A stretch of DNA of 64,000 nt from Lytechinus pictus (Eukaryota). Every line of letters begins with the position of its first letter. Positions within the stretch are counted from its first letter, which is position 1. The stretch is from assembly GCF_037042905.1 (NCBI RefSeq), contig NC_087256.1, forward strand, positions 25,172,001-25,236,000, given 5' to 3'. This document shows, in pieces, positions 1-14,700 of the stretch. The position numbers were made by a program, and so were the translations under genes. Under the pieces are notes generated by a model. It searched no databases. It saw only the letters and a program-made list of their open reading frames with translations, and was not told where the DNA came from.

Positions 1-28
1 ACACAACATACTGATTATTAGCATAAAA

Positions 29-2183
29 CTACATGTTGGAATTTAGCATTCTAGTTAAGGAGGGAATCGCAGAGTTCTTGTATCGTTGGGTTTTGCAACG
101 TGGCAAGTGGAGAAGATGAGCATTTCTTAATCCTGAACTACGATTAGAGATGCTTTGACGAGTGTCCGGTAGCATGACACGATGGCGATCAGATTTCAGA
201 AGACCACGTCCAAATCGCAGAAGAAGATCATTCCTGTGCTCACACAACATAGGCAACTTAAAAAGAGCAAGCCGTTGTGCATATGAGAGGGGAGACGGGT
301 ACACAATGAAACAAAGCGCACGTTTTTGGATCCGTTCAATTGCATTACTCTGCTTCTTCGTAATTCCTGAGCCCCAAACAGGGACACCAAACTCTACAAG
401 AGGACGGATGTAAGCTTTGTAGATGGTCACAAGATCATGCTTGTCGATTCCGAATTTCTTTAGAACACACAGAATGTAAAGTCTCCGCGCAGCCCGTGAT
501 GTCATCTGTTGGACCTGATCGTCCCATTTCAGATCTGAACGAATCGCTACACCGAGTAGTGTCAGAGAATCAACGAGTTTAAGGTGAACATCTGCGATGG
601 TGATATCCAACATGGGAGGAGGATTCTTCAAGAAAGACACCTGCATAACTTGACATTTTTCAGGCTTTGGCGTGACGTCATTTAAGGCGCACCATTCCCC
701 GAGTTCATCAACGTGATCCTGGATGATACTTTGCTGATTTGAAGATAATACCTCTACCAAACTCAGGTCGTCGACATACTTCCATCTATATGGTGTAGAT
801 AGGGCAGCATCGTTAACAAGAGCAAGGAAAAGAATCGGTCCCAACTTAGACAGGCTCATCGGATTGGATGTCTGTCCCTGTTGTCGGACCACTTGGTGAC
901 GGTCGGACAGAAAACTACAAACAATCGGTATTATTGAAGGATCAACTCCAAGTTGGATCAACTTCTCAATGACCTTCGAATGATTCACAAGGTCAAATGC
1001 TTTGGTGAAGTCAATAGTGCAGATGTTGGCATACCATCCACGTTGCTCAAGATTCTTATAGATGACGTCCAGCATAGAGACAAGATAGTGGTTAACAGAA
1101 CTCCCTCTTATATTGCCAAACTGCGATGAATCAATGTGGGGGTTTAAGGTCATTCATTAACCAGTCGGCGAGGAAACTCTCAAAAACTCTAGCAAGAACA
1201 GACGTGATAGAGATAGGTCTAAGTTGATCATAACCTGTAACGCGTGTAGACTTGGGGATCGCTGTAACAGATGCACACTTCCACTTCTCCGGAAAATATC
1301 CGTTCTTCAGGCATTTATTGAAGATCAAGGAAAGAGGTGTGGCTATTTCCGGCGCAAATTCCTTAAATATGCGAGTAGGGACGTCGTTTGGATGAGGTGC
1401 CTTAGAAGAGTTAAGGCTTTTTAAGCGACGTGACACTTCCCTCTCGCGAATAGGGGGCGGAGATGTAGGTGCTGGAAGATATGCCGAAAGAGTTGTCAAG
1501 TCCAGTGGTGGTAGCGTGTTGCAGATTGAGGGAAAATGCCGATTTATATCATTTGCTATTTCCCGGTTGGATTTATCTGCTTGACCAATGTTGAAAGAGG
1601 GCTTCTTTTTTATTCCCGTTAAGGATCTTACTTGTCTGTGCCATTTTCCTGGCTCTGAGCTCTTGAGATGTTCAACCTTTCTACGGAAATACTTTGCTTT
1701 GGCTCGAGAAATTGCACGTTGAACTCTATTTCGTTGTAGATGATAGCGATCCAAATCTCCACTCCTGTGTGCGATTTCACGTTGTTCGATGAGGCTACGG
1801 ATGCTGCTGTTGAACCATGGTTTGTCTCGAACTCTTCTCCTAATTGATATCTCTGGGAAACAACGCTTATACTGCATCATAAGTGTGCTATGGAGAATCT
1901 CCACCATTTCATCAACATTTTCAGCATCGGTGAGCTCAGTCCAGTCAAATTCGGTGATCCACTGTCCAAACATTCGAATAGATGAATCTCGGAAAGGCCT
2001 AAGTTTCACCTTGGTAGCCTTCTCAGACTGAATTGCGTCATAAGGACGGAGTACGACGACACGATGGTCACTGGACGCAATTGGTGAATGAACAACAGGT
2101 TCATTAAAAACGTCTGGAAGATTCGTCAAGACTTTGTCCAAGATGGCATTGCCTCTGGTCGGCAATGTTACCAGCTGAGTCAA
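29..2183 (-). mobile_element. 5'-truncated non-LTR retrotransposon ORF2 (CR1/L2-group; endonuclease tail plus reverse transcriptase), inactivated, antisense in a WDR11 intron
   Basis: ORFs 1131-2183 and 29-1153 join across a +1 frameshift in a C-run at ~1138-1142. Motifs: PTRGNAILD and SDH (endonuclease end), RPISITS, DFTKAFD, KYVDD. The GVPQG motif is deleted in frame at ~847/848 (SLS|KLGP). Confidence 0.92.
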
Positions 2184-2353
2184 TAGAGCCTAGAGCCTAA
2201 TAACTAATACATTAAATCTTATCTGAATTATACAATAAACCTAAACCTTAATCCTAAAATACTTAATACAAATTAGAACAAATTAAATCAATACATAAAG
2301 TAACATCACTAATGAAGCAAAAACAACATAATATATTTAACATTATAAAAAGA

Positions 2354-2545
2354 CTATTTTGAAAATAAGTGAGTCTTGAGCATTGATTTAAAGATGGGGA
2401 AGGATGGTGCAGTTCTTATATTTAATGGTAGAGAATTCCAGAGTACAGGAGCAGATAAAGAAAGGGCTCTTTGACCATATGTATTTGTATTTGTGGAGGG
2501 AACAGTGAGAAGATTGAAGGTTACGTCTTGGTTTATATGGTTCTA
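2354..2545 (-). mobile_element. L2-type LINE 3' remnant
   Basis: Minus strand translates NLLTVPSTNTNTYGQRALSLSAPVLWNSLPLNIRTAPSFPIFKSMLKTHLFSK*, the typical L2 ORF2 C-terminus. Confidence 0.8.
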
Positions 2546-2625
2546 TGAGTTGTGATATGTACTGTGGGGATAGGCATTGTGATTCAGTTCGCTTTTCGCC
2601 TCTCAGGCACAGGTGACACCAAACA

Positions 2626-2696
2626 AATAATAATAATTATAATATCAGTGATAATAATGATAATGATAATAATAATAATAATAGTAATAATAATAC
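2626..2696. repeat. Imperfect (ATA/GAT)n microsatellite
   Basis: Visible trinucleotide run. Confidence 0.8.
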
Positions 2697-2738
2697 AACT
2701 GACCACTGAATTTCCTTTATGTTTTCATTGGTTTATAG

Positions 2739-5700
2739 GAATGGTCGCCTTCCCACCATAAGAAGAAGTCTGCCAATGTTGAACATCAAGCCAGCGGCAT
2801 GAGTTTAGATGGAGTTTTGATGGGGAGTACCATCAATCTCGCAGGTGTGTAGACCTATGATTCTTCCAAACCGCATAGGTCAATTGATCATGAAATAAAC
2901 TTTGCAGAATTGATTCCTGTCTTCATTCAACGACATTCTCATTTAACAATGACCTTTGAACTTCACTGATGTGACTAGTTGATTCTGTAAAGATATTCAA
3001 AACTTAGATATACATGTAGTTATTTTGTAATATTACTTCTACTGGGAATCATATTTAAATACTACTGATCAAATTCCAAAAGATACTACATCTGTCCTTG
3101 TTTTGTACTTTAGAGAGAGCAAAATATCCTTTCACCATTTATATTAACCATTTTCTCATGGTTATTCTCAAAATTGATTATAAAATTCTGTTTAGAGATG
3201 GCTACCTATGTGAATAATGCACATGTGTGACTCTAAGGGGGTGTTGCAAGAAAATATTTGCAATCAAATGCAAATTTTCAGTTGCAATTTTACAATCAAT
3301 AGATCAAATTAAGCTGTAGCAAATCGGATTACACTCCTTGTTTAAACAAGCAGATTACTAATCAATCATGAATTTACAATTAATTACAAGACATACGATT
3401 GATTTAGGGACTAAAAATAAACTTGCAATTGTAAGTAATCAATTACTCAATTTTTTAACAAAAACTTAATCACGTCTTTTTCCCATTTTCCTCCAGAGAG
3501 TAGCAGCGAGAACCGACCAGCAACAACAACAATCAGAGAACATTTTGTATTTGCCGAGATCAGTGGTGTCCTTCATCACTTCTGGGTTGAGGGTAGCGTG
3601 GTCCACGAGGGCGCCAAACTTCCGTCAGAGAGCAGTCTGACGACAATCAGCTGTATTGCTTGGAAGGGCGAGACCCTGGTGATGGCCGACTCTGATGGCA
3701 ACCTTGGGGTGTGGGACCTAAAGGCCAAGATCTCGAGGTAAGTCTCCAGGGGGGTGTTTCACAAAGATTTAAGTATGACCTAAGTCGCACTTAAATACTG
3801 ACTCGTACATGATATGCAACGTGCGATCTTATTGATAGATAGGCAGTAGTGCGCGTCCTCATGACACGATCTGACCAATGCGGTCAAGCCTTTTATACCC
3901 TACGCTACTCGGTATTTAAGTGCGACTCTAAGTCATACTTAAATCTTTGTGAAACACCCCCCAGATTATTGGTAAGATCGATTTTGTTCACAGGCTTAAG
4001 CTTCTGTGGGATGTTTCACAAAGAGTCAAGTGTGACTTAAGCCCAGCTCACACTATGCTATTCGTTCCCATCCGAATTTCAAAGACATTCCAACTAATAT
4101 AATCTTAGGGATCAGAGTTCAGAAGAGTGGTAGGACTACTGAAATCGAAATTCAGTCCAGTTCGAGCCTTTCTGAATGAACATCCAAATTCATATCCAAA
4201 TTGTAATGACGTCATCATAGGCTGTGACCTGAAGCCGATTTGGACTTTACTCTGACCACAGGGCTTGCCGCAAAGTGAAAATATGATTTTAGTATTCCTT
4301 ACATTATGCCAAACTTTAAATGAAATAATTTTACTTCTTGGAACTTACACATTTGTGCAAAATGCGATTTTTCGAAAAATTTGCAATTAATTACAAGACA
4401 TATGATAGATTTAGGGACAAAAAATAGACTTGCAATTGATCGCAAGTTTCTTGCAACACCCCAAGTCACACTTAGATCTTTGTGAAACATCACCAGGTGA
4501 GACAATATTGTTCCTAAGGAATCTTGTGTGGGTAATTTGTTCTAATACCCTCACTGATTTATTGATTTTATTTCATTTCTAGGAATACAAATCAAGTTGC
4601 TCATAATGATAGCAAAGATTAGTCCATTGATAATAATCATCAATGCAATATGCAAAATACAATATCAGAAGAGAAAGAAAACTGACTCACAACAAAAAGA
4701 AAAGAACACCTAGTGCTCAGTGCATTCAAGAAACTAATCCTGTCAGGTACTCATTCACCTCACCTGGGTCTAGTGCAGCACAATGTGGATCAATTTCTTG
4801 CTGAAGAAAAACATACCGGGATTCGAACCCACGACCCTATATTTGAAAGGAAAGAGTCAGAACCACTAGACCATGATGTGCCTGCAAAGTGATATATTAT
4901 TTACCATATTTTTACCCCAAAAAATTATATATACACAGATGTTCCTTTGTTTTCGAGTTTGGATATTGAAGAAAGTGATGATTAAAGGGGAAGTTCACCC
5001 TGAAGAAAACTGTGTTGTAAAAATAGCAGAAAAAATAGTAAAAAACATTGGTGAAGGTTGGAGGAAAATCTGTTAAAGAGTAAGAAAGTTATTAGAGTTC
5101 AAAGTTTTGGATTTGTGACGTCATAAACGAGCAGCTGCCCCATGTGATATGTAATATAAAATGCATGAATTTCAAATTTTATATGGTTCCTGATGACTTA
5201 ATTTTGTTTTCTATTCATGATTGGGTGTGGAATGATTTGTCTATTGATATACAAAAGGTACAGTAAAAACCATTTTAAATTTTCTGAGAAAATGACATTT
5301 CATTGATTTTCACCATTCGCTATGTAGGAATGCTGCTCGCATATGACGTCACAAATCAAATAATTGAAATTCTAATAACTTTTTAATTATTTGATGAATT
5401 TTTCTCAAACCTTCGGCAATATTTTTATTATTTTTTCTGCTATTTTTACAATAAACTTTTTGTCAGGGTGAACTTCCCCTTTAAACAAATTTGCCTTTGT
5501 CTCGTTTTCAGGAATTATCCAACTCATAAGTCCAACATCAAGAAGCTTAAATTTGGTCCTGGAAAAGGGAATCTGAAGCTGATGTTTCTCTGGAATGATG
5601 GTGTGGACATCTGGGATTGTAGAGAGGTAAGATCAATCTAGAGCTACACAGTGTTCATAAGATCAAGATTAATCTGTGTTTTCTCCTCAAATTGGCAACA

Positions 5701-8700
5701 AGCAATGTGATAATTTGATTTGATTTGATTTATTTTTTTCCTGCATAACAATAAAATATGTTTTTTTTTATTGAAATGGTATATCAAAATAATTCCATCG
5801 CAGCCAAAGGCTGAATTATGTAATCTGTTACAAAGTAAAACACAAAATATACATAATGTTAATAATCATAACAAAAAATGACATGTGGAAATGATAAAAT
5901 CATTGTCATAATATTACATTTGTAAGGAAAAAATGAAACAAAAATAGTTTATATGGGACAACAGTTATCTTTTATATTTTTTGTTTTAATGTAATTTTAT
6001 GTGAATATGAAATTATGAACCAAGGGTATATCTAATTGAAAATAATGCATATCTACTGTATCAGGATAAGTAAAAAAATATTACAAATATGTATATATAT
6101 AACAATTTGTATAACAAAGTTATTTGACAGTAAATCAGAGAACTACATCATTGAACATAAATAACATGCGGAAGATGGATTGTCATTGTAAGCAGATATG
6201 CTTGAGAGAGAATATGACAAACCAAAATGAATATTAAGTACATTGCTTTTAAAGCTCTAGCCATTCCTTTCTGGTTGTGATTTTTTTTATGGATTGGAAT
6301 CGTGAATGAATCAGCAGCTGAATCATTGATTTGACTCTCAATCATTGACAAATTACGAAACTGCTTTTAATAATAATAAGTATTTCTAATGCGCACTTTC
6401 TAATGAATCATTACTCAAGGCGCTACATATTAAATAAGCAAAATCGTTGGAAATATTCACAATTAAAATCATCAAACATATCATTCATACGAGGAAAAGA
6501 CAATGGCCCGTAATCTGAAGTCGGGTTTAACTTAAACTCGGGTTTAAAGTTGTGGTTTAAGTATGGGAAGCCAAAAGTATCAAAATTTTTATTAAGTTGT
6601 ATGTTTGTTATATATGTTTACTGTGCTCTTTCCTGATTCATCGATGGTGAAGACAATCATCTACTAGTATTTATACTTCCTAGACAATTATGAATGATTT
6701 GAGAGCCAAATGAGCTGAAATATGATATCTCTACTGTTAGTGATTTATGTAACAATTGGCTATCCATACTTAAACCACAACTTTAAACCTGAGTTAAGTT
6801 AAACCTGCTATCAGAATACGGGCCATGGACTTTTCATTTTGAACTCATTTTAAAACATTTGTTTTTATTGGGGGAAGGGGTTGGGGCATTCATTGTATGG
6901 AAAGAGAAGGATCAGGGACCAGCAATGAGGTGCATTGATAAAAATAATGGCATTTTCAACTACCGTAAGTAACGGTGTATTAACCGCACCCGTGTATTAA
7001 CCGCACCCCCCATTTTCGGATGGAAAAAAAAAAAAAAAATCATAAAAAAAAAAAAAAATCATAAAAAAAAAAATTTAATCAAACTTACTTTCTATCTCTA
7101 ATATGCGTATTTAAGAAAGAGTCAAGAACCAAAAAATATCGAAGAATTACTGGTAAAAAATGATGGGAAATCAGCGCTTCGTCACTTATCTGCAAGTTGC
7201 CGATATTATTGGCCACTTCCACACTCCGAGTCACCTCACACACACACATATGGTACCGGTGTTCATTGCAAGTACCGATACCAGCATCAACATGGCCATG
7301 GGGGCTCACCCATACGAGAAGATCGTTCATATCATATTTCCTGCATCACAGCCCCACTTTTGCTTTCAGAATTCTGTCTAGCATTCAATGTCTTGGCATG
7401 AATTTTAGACAAGGGAATACGGGAAGGTTCAAGATACGAGAAATTTGCGATTTTGTTCAGATGTTTTTCTTGTCTGCTTTGAACATAGAGATGTATACTA
7501 ATTACGCTAGAGTGCGGAGTCGCCATAGGCGCGCGTACTTAACGTCTGTGATTGCGCGGAGCGTGCTCGGCCATTGCTCGATAGGTCTTGATTTGCAAAA
7601 GTACCCGGATGTATACATAGTTCGTGCGTTGTAACGCTGTGAAAAAGGGATGCCGTCTCCGGCCTTTTTTCTTGAAGAAAAGAATCCAACCTCATTACAA
7701 TCGAAAATATGAATGACAAAGTGCATCTCAATGAATTATTAGAATGATTACATGGGGATTATGCTATTAATTTGTCATTTTTACCTGACTTCTTGGGATT
7801 AAATTCTCCCCCGGAATTCTCCCAAATAATTTGCATTTAGGCCTACCTGTCCATTTATAGGCCTACCTGTCCATTTATAGGCCTATTATAGATAATAATA
7901 CTAGTAGTTTGATAATAACACATAAATAGATAGATAAAAATAAAACATCAAACGTACATTAATAGAAAGTTTGACAATTAATTAAAAAGACAGAGAATTA
8001 GCCCATCTTCTCAGGATTTCCCTACATATAAATGCATTGTTCTTGGGCCCACATTACCTTCATTCACGTCCTTCGTTTTGATGTTCTCTTGACCAATTTG
8101 TTCATGTTGGATATGATTTTGTAATATCTATGTAGGCCTACTTATGTAACTTGCTTTAATTTTTATGAAATATATCATTTTTTAATTTGTATACTAGTGT
8201 TTTGAGCTTTGATTACTATATGCGGTATTATAATTTTATTAGCAAGTAGAATAAAGAGCATCTCATTATTGCTCTTGGTGAGCCTCCCGTTACACCATCA
8301 ATGTTAAAACTTGTGTTATTGGGTGTACGTGTTGAATTTTTCTCATAGGAAAATTATAAATTCCAAAACCTGCAGGCCTATATGGCACTTAAAATGAAAT
8401 ATTGATTAAAAAATATCGAGAATGACTTTTTATTGTTCCAACTTTTTGCTTTTTAATTCCCTTCACTTTAAGTTAGATATTTTTTAATTCGCTTTTTAGG
8501 GGGTGGGTGTAATTAAAGTGGCATAAGCACCCATGCAAATTCACTTTAACACACTGATAAAAAAGAATACAGGGGACGCGACCAGACCCCTCCCTGAAAT
8601 GAAAATGAACATTGCATAATAAATTATTGTGATTTTATGCACTACCCATCAATTTCAAAGCCATTCCGCGGCCCCATATTTTAATACAATAATTTTGTTC

Positions 8701-11700
8701 ATCCAGGGAAATCTTGTTATAAAACAAAACTGAATAATCAAACTCAGGTCCATAGAAAACTAGAAAAAAAACAATTTAGTAGATACTAGTACTTTTAAAA
8801 TGACAAACAAAACTGAATATGCGTATTTATTTATCTGTTAATAATAATTGCATAGGCCGGTGCCAGTGTTTTGGAAATCTTTACCATCAAGTTAATATTC
8901 AAGCGACACAGACACAATTTCAAGAAAGGAATATAATTATAGTTGAGATTAAATTTGGATGATCACTCAACAGCGGACAATTTGTAATATTTTATTCCAA
9001 GTATTTGTCAGTGTTTTATTGTCAATATTACTGTTTAATATGTTTGGTTTTAGTACTAAAAATTTTGCAACCGCTTAATATGATAAGTTTATTAAGTTTG
9101 CAATTATCTTTGTCATGTCTGATATTGTTATCAATTTGTTTTTTACACTCAGTTTTATAATATTCTTTGTAGTATAATACAAATTATAATATCCCCCTCC
9201 TGCCCCATTTCTTCTCCTATCCTTCTTCTTCTTCTTCCTCTCCTTATTATTCTGTCCATGATTTGTTCACATAATATTGGTCCATTGGAATCATTATAGG
9301 ATCACAAACACCAGCGATATATCAACAGAATATTTAAGTCGGTTTGCCTATCAGCATAGTATATCAGCCGGGTTAAATCAAGTCCGACTATTAAGAAAAT
9401 TAAAGTGAAATTTCTTTATGTTGCACATTGTAATTTGTTTACCCTCCGAAATTTTGAAATGTTTGCAAATACTGTAATCATCCTACCGCCCCCCCCCCCC
9501 GAATTAGGCCTCCTGTACATTGCAAAATTGTACGACTGCATGCGCGCATTTGATATGCAAATTTTTGCTGTCAACAAACTTTTGATCGCATGTAAGAAAG
9601 TAATTAATATGATCGAAGGTTGCCTACATTGGAAATCTAAATCATCAATTAACTGAACCAATGCGTAAATCATTTTTGAATATTATCAATAAAAAGTCAT
9701 TTTATGATACTCACGAGTTATTGTGATGTTGATTACATCGACATTTTAAGGCCACGGGGAAAAAGGAGTTCGGCCCTATTCTAAATTTCTTTATTATGAT
9801 TTCTATGTGTAGATCTATATGGAAAATGAATTATAACAATTATCAAGGGAAAAAATAATTTATCAACAATCAGCATCATACTAATTAGGAAACTATACTT
9901 TTAAAAAAATGTAGTCTTGTTTTTTTTTATACCTTAAAATATGTCTCAGATGCATAAGACACTGTAGCTATATAGGGCCTAATTCTGACGTCAACTTGAA
10001 TACCAAATTATTCGAATTTGTTAATCAGGACCTATAATGATATGCCTTGGCATACATGTTATTTTTAAAATTCATCCCTTCCAAATCATTAGAAAATAGA
10101 AGTCATTTTAATGTATCGAAATGTTATGACCAAAGCAAAAATAATTGGGGATGTAGCCTACTGATCGTTGGTCCGTCATATATGCGCTATATAGGCCTAT
10201 ATAGGCATATTTGTCCTCGGTTTTGTTAGAATTTTTGTTAATTTGAACTTTAATCCAGTGCAATATTTACAATTTTGCTTTCCATTTGCTTTCGCGCTCA
10301 TATTTCATCGTTTTGTTCCGGTTCTATGCTCATCCATGTACATGCCCCATAGGTACTGTACGCGCATGGCAGGCTGCGAAGACCTATCGAGTAATGGCGG
10401 CCGGTCTCCGCGTAATCACAGCGATTTGACGAAGTACGCCCTCTAGCGTTATTAGTATACATCTCTATGGCTTTGAACCACTACCGGTAGTTCTCAGTAC
10501 GTGTGTGGCGGTATCTTACAGACAGCAAAATAGGAAAAAAAATGCTAGTACCGGTATACCGTATTTTCAATGGGAGCTCTGGGCGGGAATAAAGTGAATA
10601 ATAATTAAAAATAAAAAGTCGGAAGGAGTGAAGATGGGGATTGAAGATTGATTTTGAGATGATGGATGATAGAGAGAAATGAAGGAAAGGCAAATGAAAG
10701 AAATTAATTGTCAAATAATACCAATAATTTGTCAAACAAAATAACTTCCACGGAAAGGTAAAGCGCCAGCTTACGTTGACGTTGCGATAAACATTACACA
10801 TGCATGTCTTATTCGGCTAGCTGCACCGTGCTGTGCGATCAATTGGCGTCTGAACTTTGCCGCGATGACTAAAAAATGACAATAAAGACAGAGTCACACC
10901 ATTAAAAAAAGTCAGTTTCATGAAGGTAGGTGCGTTTGTTACCGTGATATAACTTTGAGGGACATTTACGGCAGATACCGGTAGTCATAGTTGCTTCCCT
11001 TTTATACCCGCGGCTCATACCCCTCTAAACGGGATTGCCCCAAGCGGCTACGCTCGGCCACCCGACGCGAGTTGAAAACTGGTAGTGGTATCGGGCTGAG
11101 ATTGGCTTGGCTCAGACCTGTCACCGTGTATAAACCGCACCCCCGACTTTTGATTCTGTCCCGCCGAGAAAAAGGTGCGGTTAATACACCGTTACTTACG
11201 GTATAAGGAAATAATATTTATGGTAAATTGCCAATTCGTCCACTGCCAACTCGTCCACTCACCACATGGCCTACCTTCATATAGTCTAATGCCATTCCGT
11301 CCAACATTTCGTCTAACAACCATTTGGTCCAATAACCATTTGGTCCAATCATCACTTCGTCTAATCACCAGTTCGTCTATTACCATTTCGTCTAATAACC
11401 ATTTGGTCTAATACTGTCCTATTGGACCAACTGTGTATTAGACGGAATGGCATTAGACTAAATGAAAGTAGACCGTATGTTGAGTAGACGAACTGATGGT
11501 AGACAAAACGATAGTAGATGAGTTGGCAATTGGACGAATTGGCATTAGACGAATTGGAAATAAACCATAATTATTATATATATTATGTTACTGATGCAAA
11601 CATGATCAACATTAAAGTCATGACCCTTATTATATGCTTTACGTCAGTCAATATTTGCCATATCCTTTCTGTGTTTAGATGCAAGCTCTTAGTTCGCTGA

Positions 11701-14700
11701 AGGGCGGCAAGGATGATCGTAAACCGGTGGACATGGACTGGGCTGCTTCGGATAAACCAGTCGTGCTTAGTGTGGATGGATGTTTGAGAGTCTACGACGT
11801 TCATCTGAAGACCTCCTGTTGGTCTATTGCCGATGCTGAATTTGTTGGTGAGTGTTTTATCATGTTGACGTGTTACATCCATCCATCCATCCATCCACCC
11901 AACCACTGTGAATGTTTTAGAAACATTGATCTAGCAGTAAAAGCTTATTGCGAGTGGTGTAATTGTGACATTAATGACATCATTTGGCCTTTATGGTGAT
12001 ACGAAAATCTCAATAAATTCCTTTTAGACAGCTTTGAATAGGAACATAAAATATTCACAGTGCATTGGCTACGATCCCCGGCCTTTGGAGACTTTTTGCC
12101 ACTATCATATCTGTATGCAAAAGAGGGGGAGGGGGGGTTATTTGATATGTTTTGTTTAAGTGTTTGTTTTAAGTGTTTGTGGAAGCGCCGTGGTGTAGCG
12201 GTTCTGACTCTCGCCTTGTAATCAGAGGGTCGTGTGTTCGAATCCCACCATGGCCTAGCGTCCTTTGGCAAGGCGTCAATCCACAATTTGCTACTCTCCA
12301 CCCAGGTGTTAAATGGGTACCCGGTAGGATGCGAAAGCCTATGTAGTATGCCTAGCAATTGAGTCTTGGAACTCTTGTTGGAATGCTCCCCAGGGAGTGG
12401 AGAAGGTGCATACATTGTATGCGGGCATGCAAGGATCCGATGACCGGGCTAATAATATATCTGTACAGCGCTTAGAGACGTCGTTCCGATGTGTTAAACG
12501 CTATATAAATGCGGAATATTATTATTATTTACTAATTTTTGGTTATAATTATTTTTTGTTTCCAGAACCAGTATTCTGCCCTTATCTGCTGTCCCCCAAG
12601 GCAGCCTTAGCCATGAAATACACAATGCAGCATCAGCCTTGGAACAAGAATTATTCTCTTCAACTCACAAGTGAATAGTAAGTTTAATTTCAATGGCCTT
12701 GTCGCTTTCAGAGCTTGACTGTCGAGGACAGGCATTTATGAAATTGGCCTTAAAAAGGGGAGTTGACAAATGTTAAAGAAAACGAACAACCAATGATAGT
12801 GATGATAATGATAGTATTAATGAGAAAAAAGGGGAGGGGTGGCAATTAGGTCAGGGATGTAACTACATACCCAGACCTGCCAACCAGTATGTTTTTGGCA
12901 TATTTAGTACGTTTTTTGCAACCAAAAAACGGCAGTACGTTTTTTTTTTTTTAAATACGTAATAAAAAAAAAAATCATCTCTATATGTCTCTATTTCATA
13001 AAACTTACACAAATATGGTTATTAGATCAATGTAATTTCAGGTAACTTGTTTTTTTTTTCAAACATTTTGTTTAAAACCAGGTTGAGATATACACATGTT
13101 TCAATTTTTTTTTTCATCTGCAAGAGCAGTGCGCATTTTACCTTGCATGCAGCTTGAGCGCCGCGATGAGCGAGTGCGCCACGCATTTTATTATGAAATA
13201 CACTTTTTTGGGGGAAAAATACAGTTTTTTTTATCACAGAATACAATTTTTCATTCCCAGAGGTTGGCAGGTCTGCATACCCATCTCTTCAGCATTCCCC
13301 TCCCATACCCAACCTTTTTTTGAAAACAATTGTATGTTCTTAGTGTGAACTAATGATTTCCTTAATCATTCAATAAGTCGATTGGGATTCGGTGTTCGGT
13401 GCATAGGCACTACTGTATACTTTTCGATTGTTTTGATGGAAATAAAATGAAGTGATATGAAGAAGAAAAGGAACGATGAAGAGGCAGAGGGGAAAAGGAA
13501 GGAGAGGGGGCGGGGGATTGTGGGGAGGGGGAAAAAGGGAGAATGGCAAGAAGCTGGAGGAGGAGAAAGAGGAAGGAAAAGTTGGGGTACGGAGGAAGGA
13601 GCAAGAAAGGAATGATTTTGTAAACATAATGGTGTTCACAATGGAACCTGGAAATGATTTTGAATATTATGGAAGTTATACACAGCCAACACAGTAAACT
13701 TGCCTTATTACTAAATGAACATGTACCTACAACCTTATTTCTTGATGATTTTTCAGTGAAACCCCTGACGACGAGAACATCATCAAGTCTGTGAACGAGC
13801 AGCTGAAGATCATGCCAAGTGACATCAGACGTTTCCTCCCAGACTGTCCCCACGGCACGGCTCAGCGCTGCCTGCTGGCTGCAAGACTCTTCGGTGATGA
13901 AGCCGAAGCGGAGTTCTGGAACGTCGCCCTCTATTATCTGCGAGTGGAACGTGTCAAGAAGAGTCTTGGAATGGTAAATGCTAAATAAAAAGAGTAATAA
14001 TGGAAACTTGGAATATCAAGTTCTTTGATTTGTGGGAGTTATGTTGGATATTAGAAGTGCATAAAAAAGTGGGTGTGGGACTATGGTCATTAAAAAAGTG
14101 AATAGAAAATGGTAGTCACCCAATTTTCGCCTAATTAGTCACTGGGTAAATGCGAGACCAAGTTTGAGTCGCCTAGAAAAAGAACGAGTCTGGGGTCTTG
14201 CAGCGATGAGAATCTGTCTTATCCATCCAATGAATATTTTATGCTGTCTGCTTGCTCTTGGAATGGCTGTAATGCAAATCCTCGATTTATTTTTTTCTGG
14301 TAGGTGGGACAGGTGAAATCAAACACTTAGCATATTTTAGTAGTTATTGTCCTCGTTATTAAAAAGAACTTCACAGACATGCCAGCTCTATAAGCATACT
14401 TATGTATTACACATGTCAACTAGGGACAATAGGACAATTTTGTATAGAAGAATATCTGAAGTGCAAACCAATATTATTATCGATTATACTCTCATAAAAC
14501 TTATTGCTCACTTTTGTCTTGTGGTGAAGATATGCAAAACCCATTCTAAATGTGTTGGAAACTGATAAAATCTGCTGCTGATCAAACTAAAATAAAATTC
14601 CTCTTAACATTTTTTCATAAAATGTTGGCATAACATCTTTTCATAGAATTCATCACAATTTTTTTTTTCAGAACATTTTTTCTTAACAGTTTTCATGAAA

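Noticed and set aside
7085-7330. 81-aa minus-strand ORF in the Tc2-like element with a weak C-type-lectin-like ending (CNEHRYHMCVCE)
   Set aside because: Similarity is too weak to support, there are no partner exons, and there are no transposase motifs.
12181-12253. tRNA-like sequence with A and B boxes (also at 41646 and 58960)
   Set aside because: It runs on into a SINE body and (ATT)n tail and has no proper acceptor stem, so it is a SINE head rather than a tRNA gene.
13370-13853. ORFs over a purine-rich low-complexity tract
   Set aside because: They result from base composition and overlap the antisense of a WDR11 exon.
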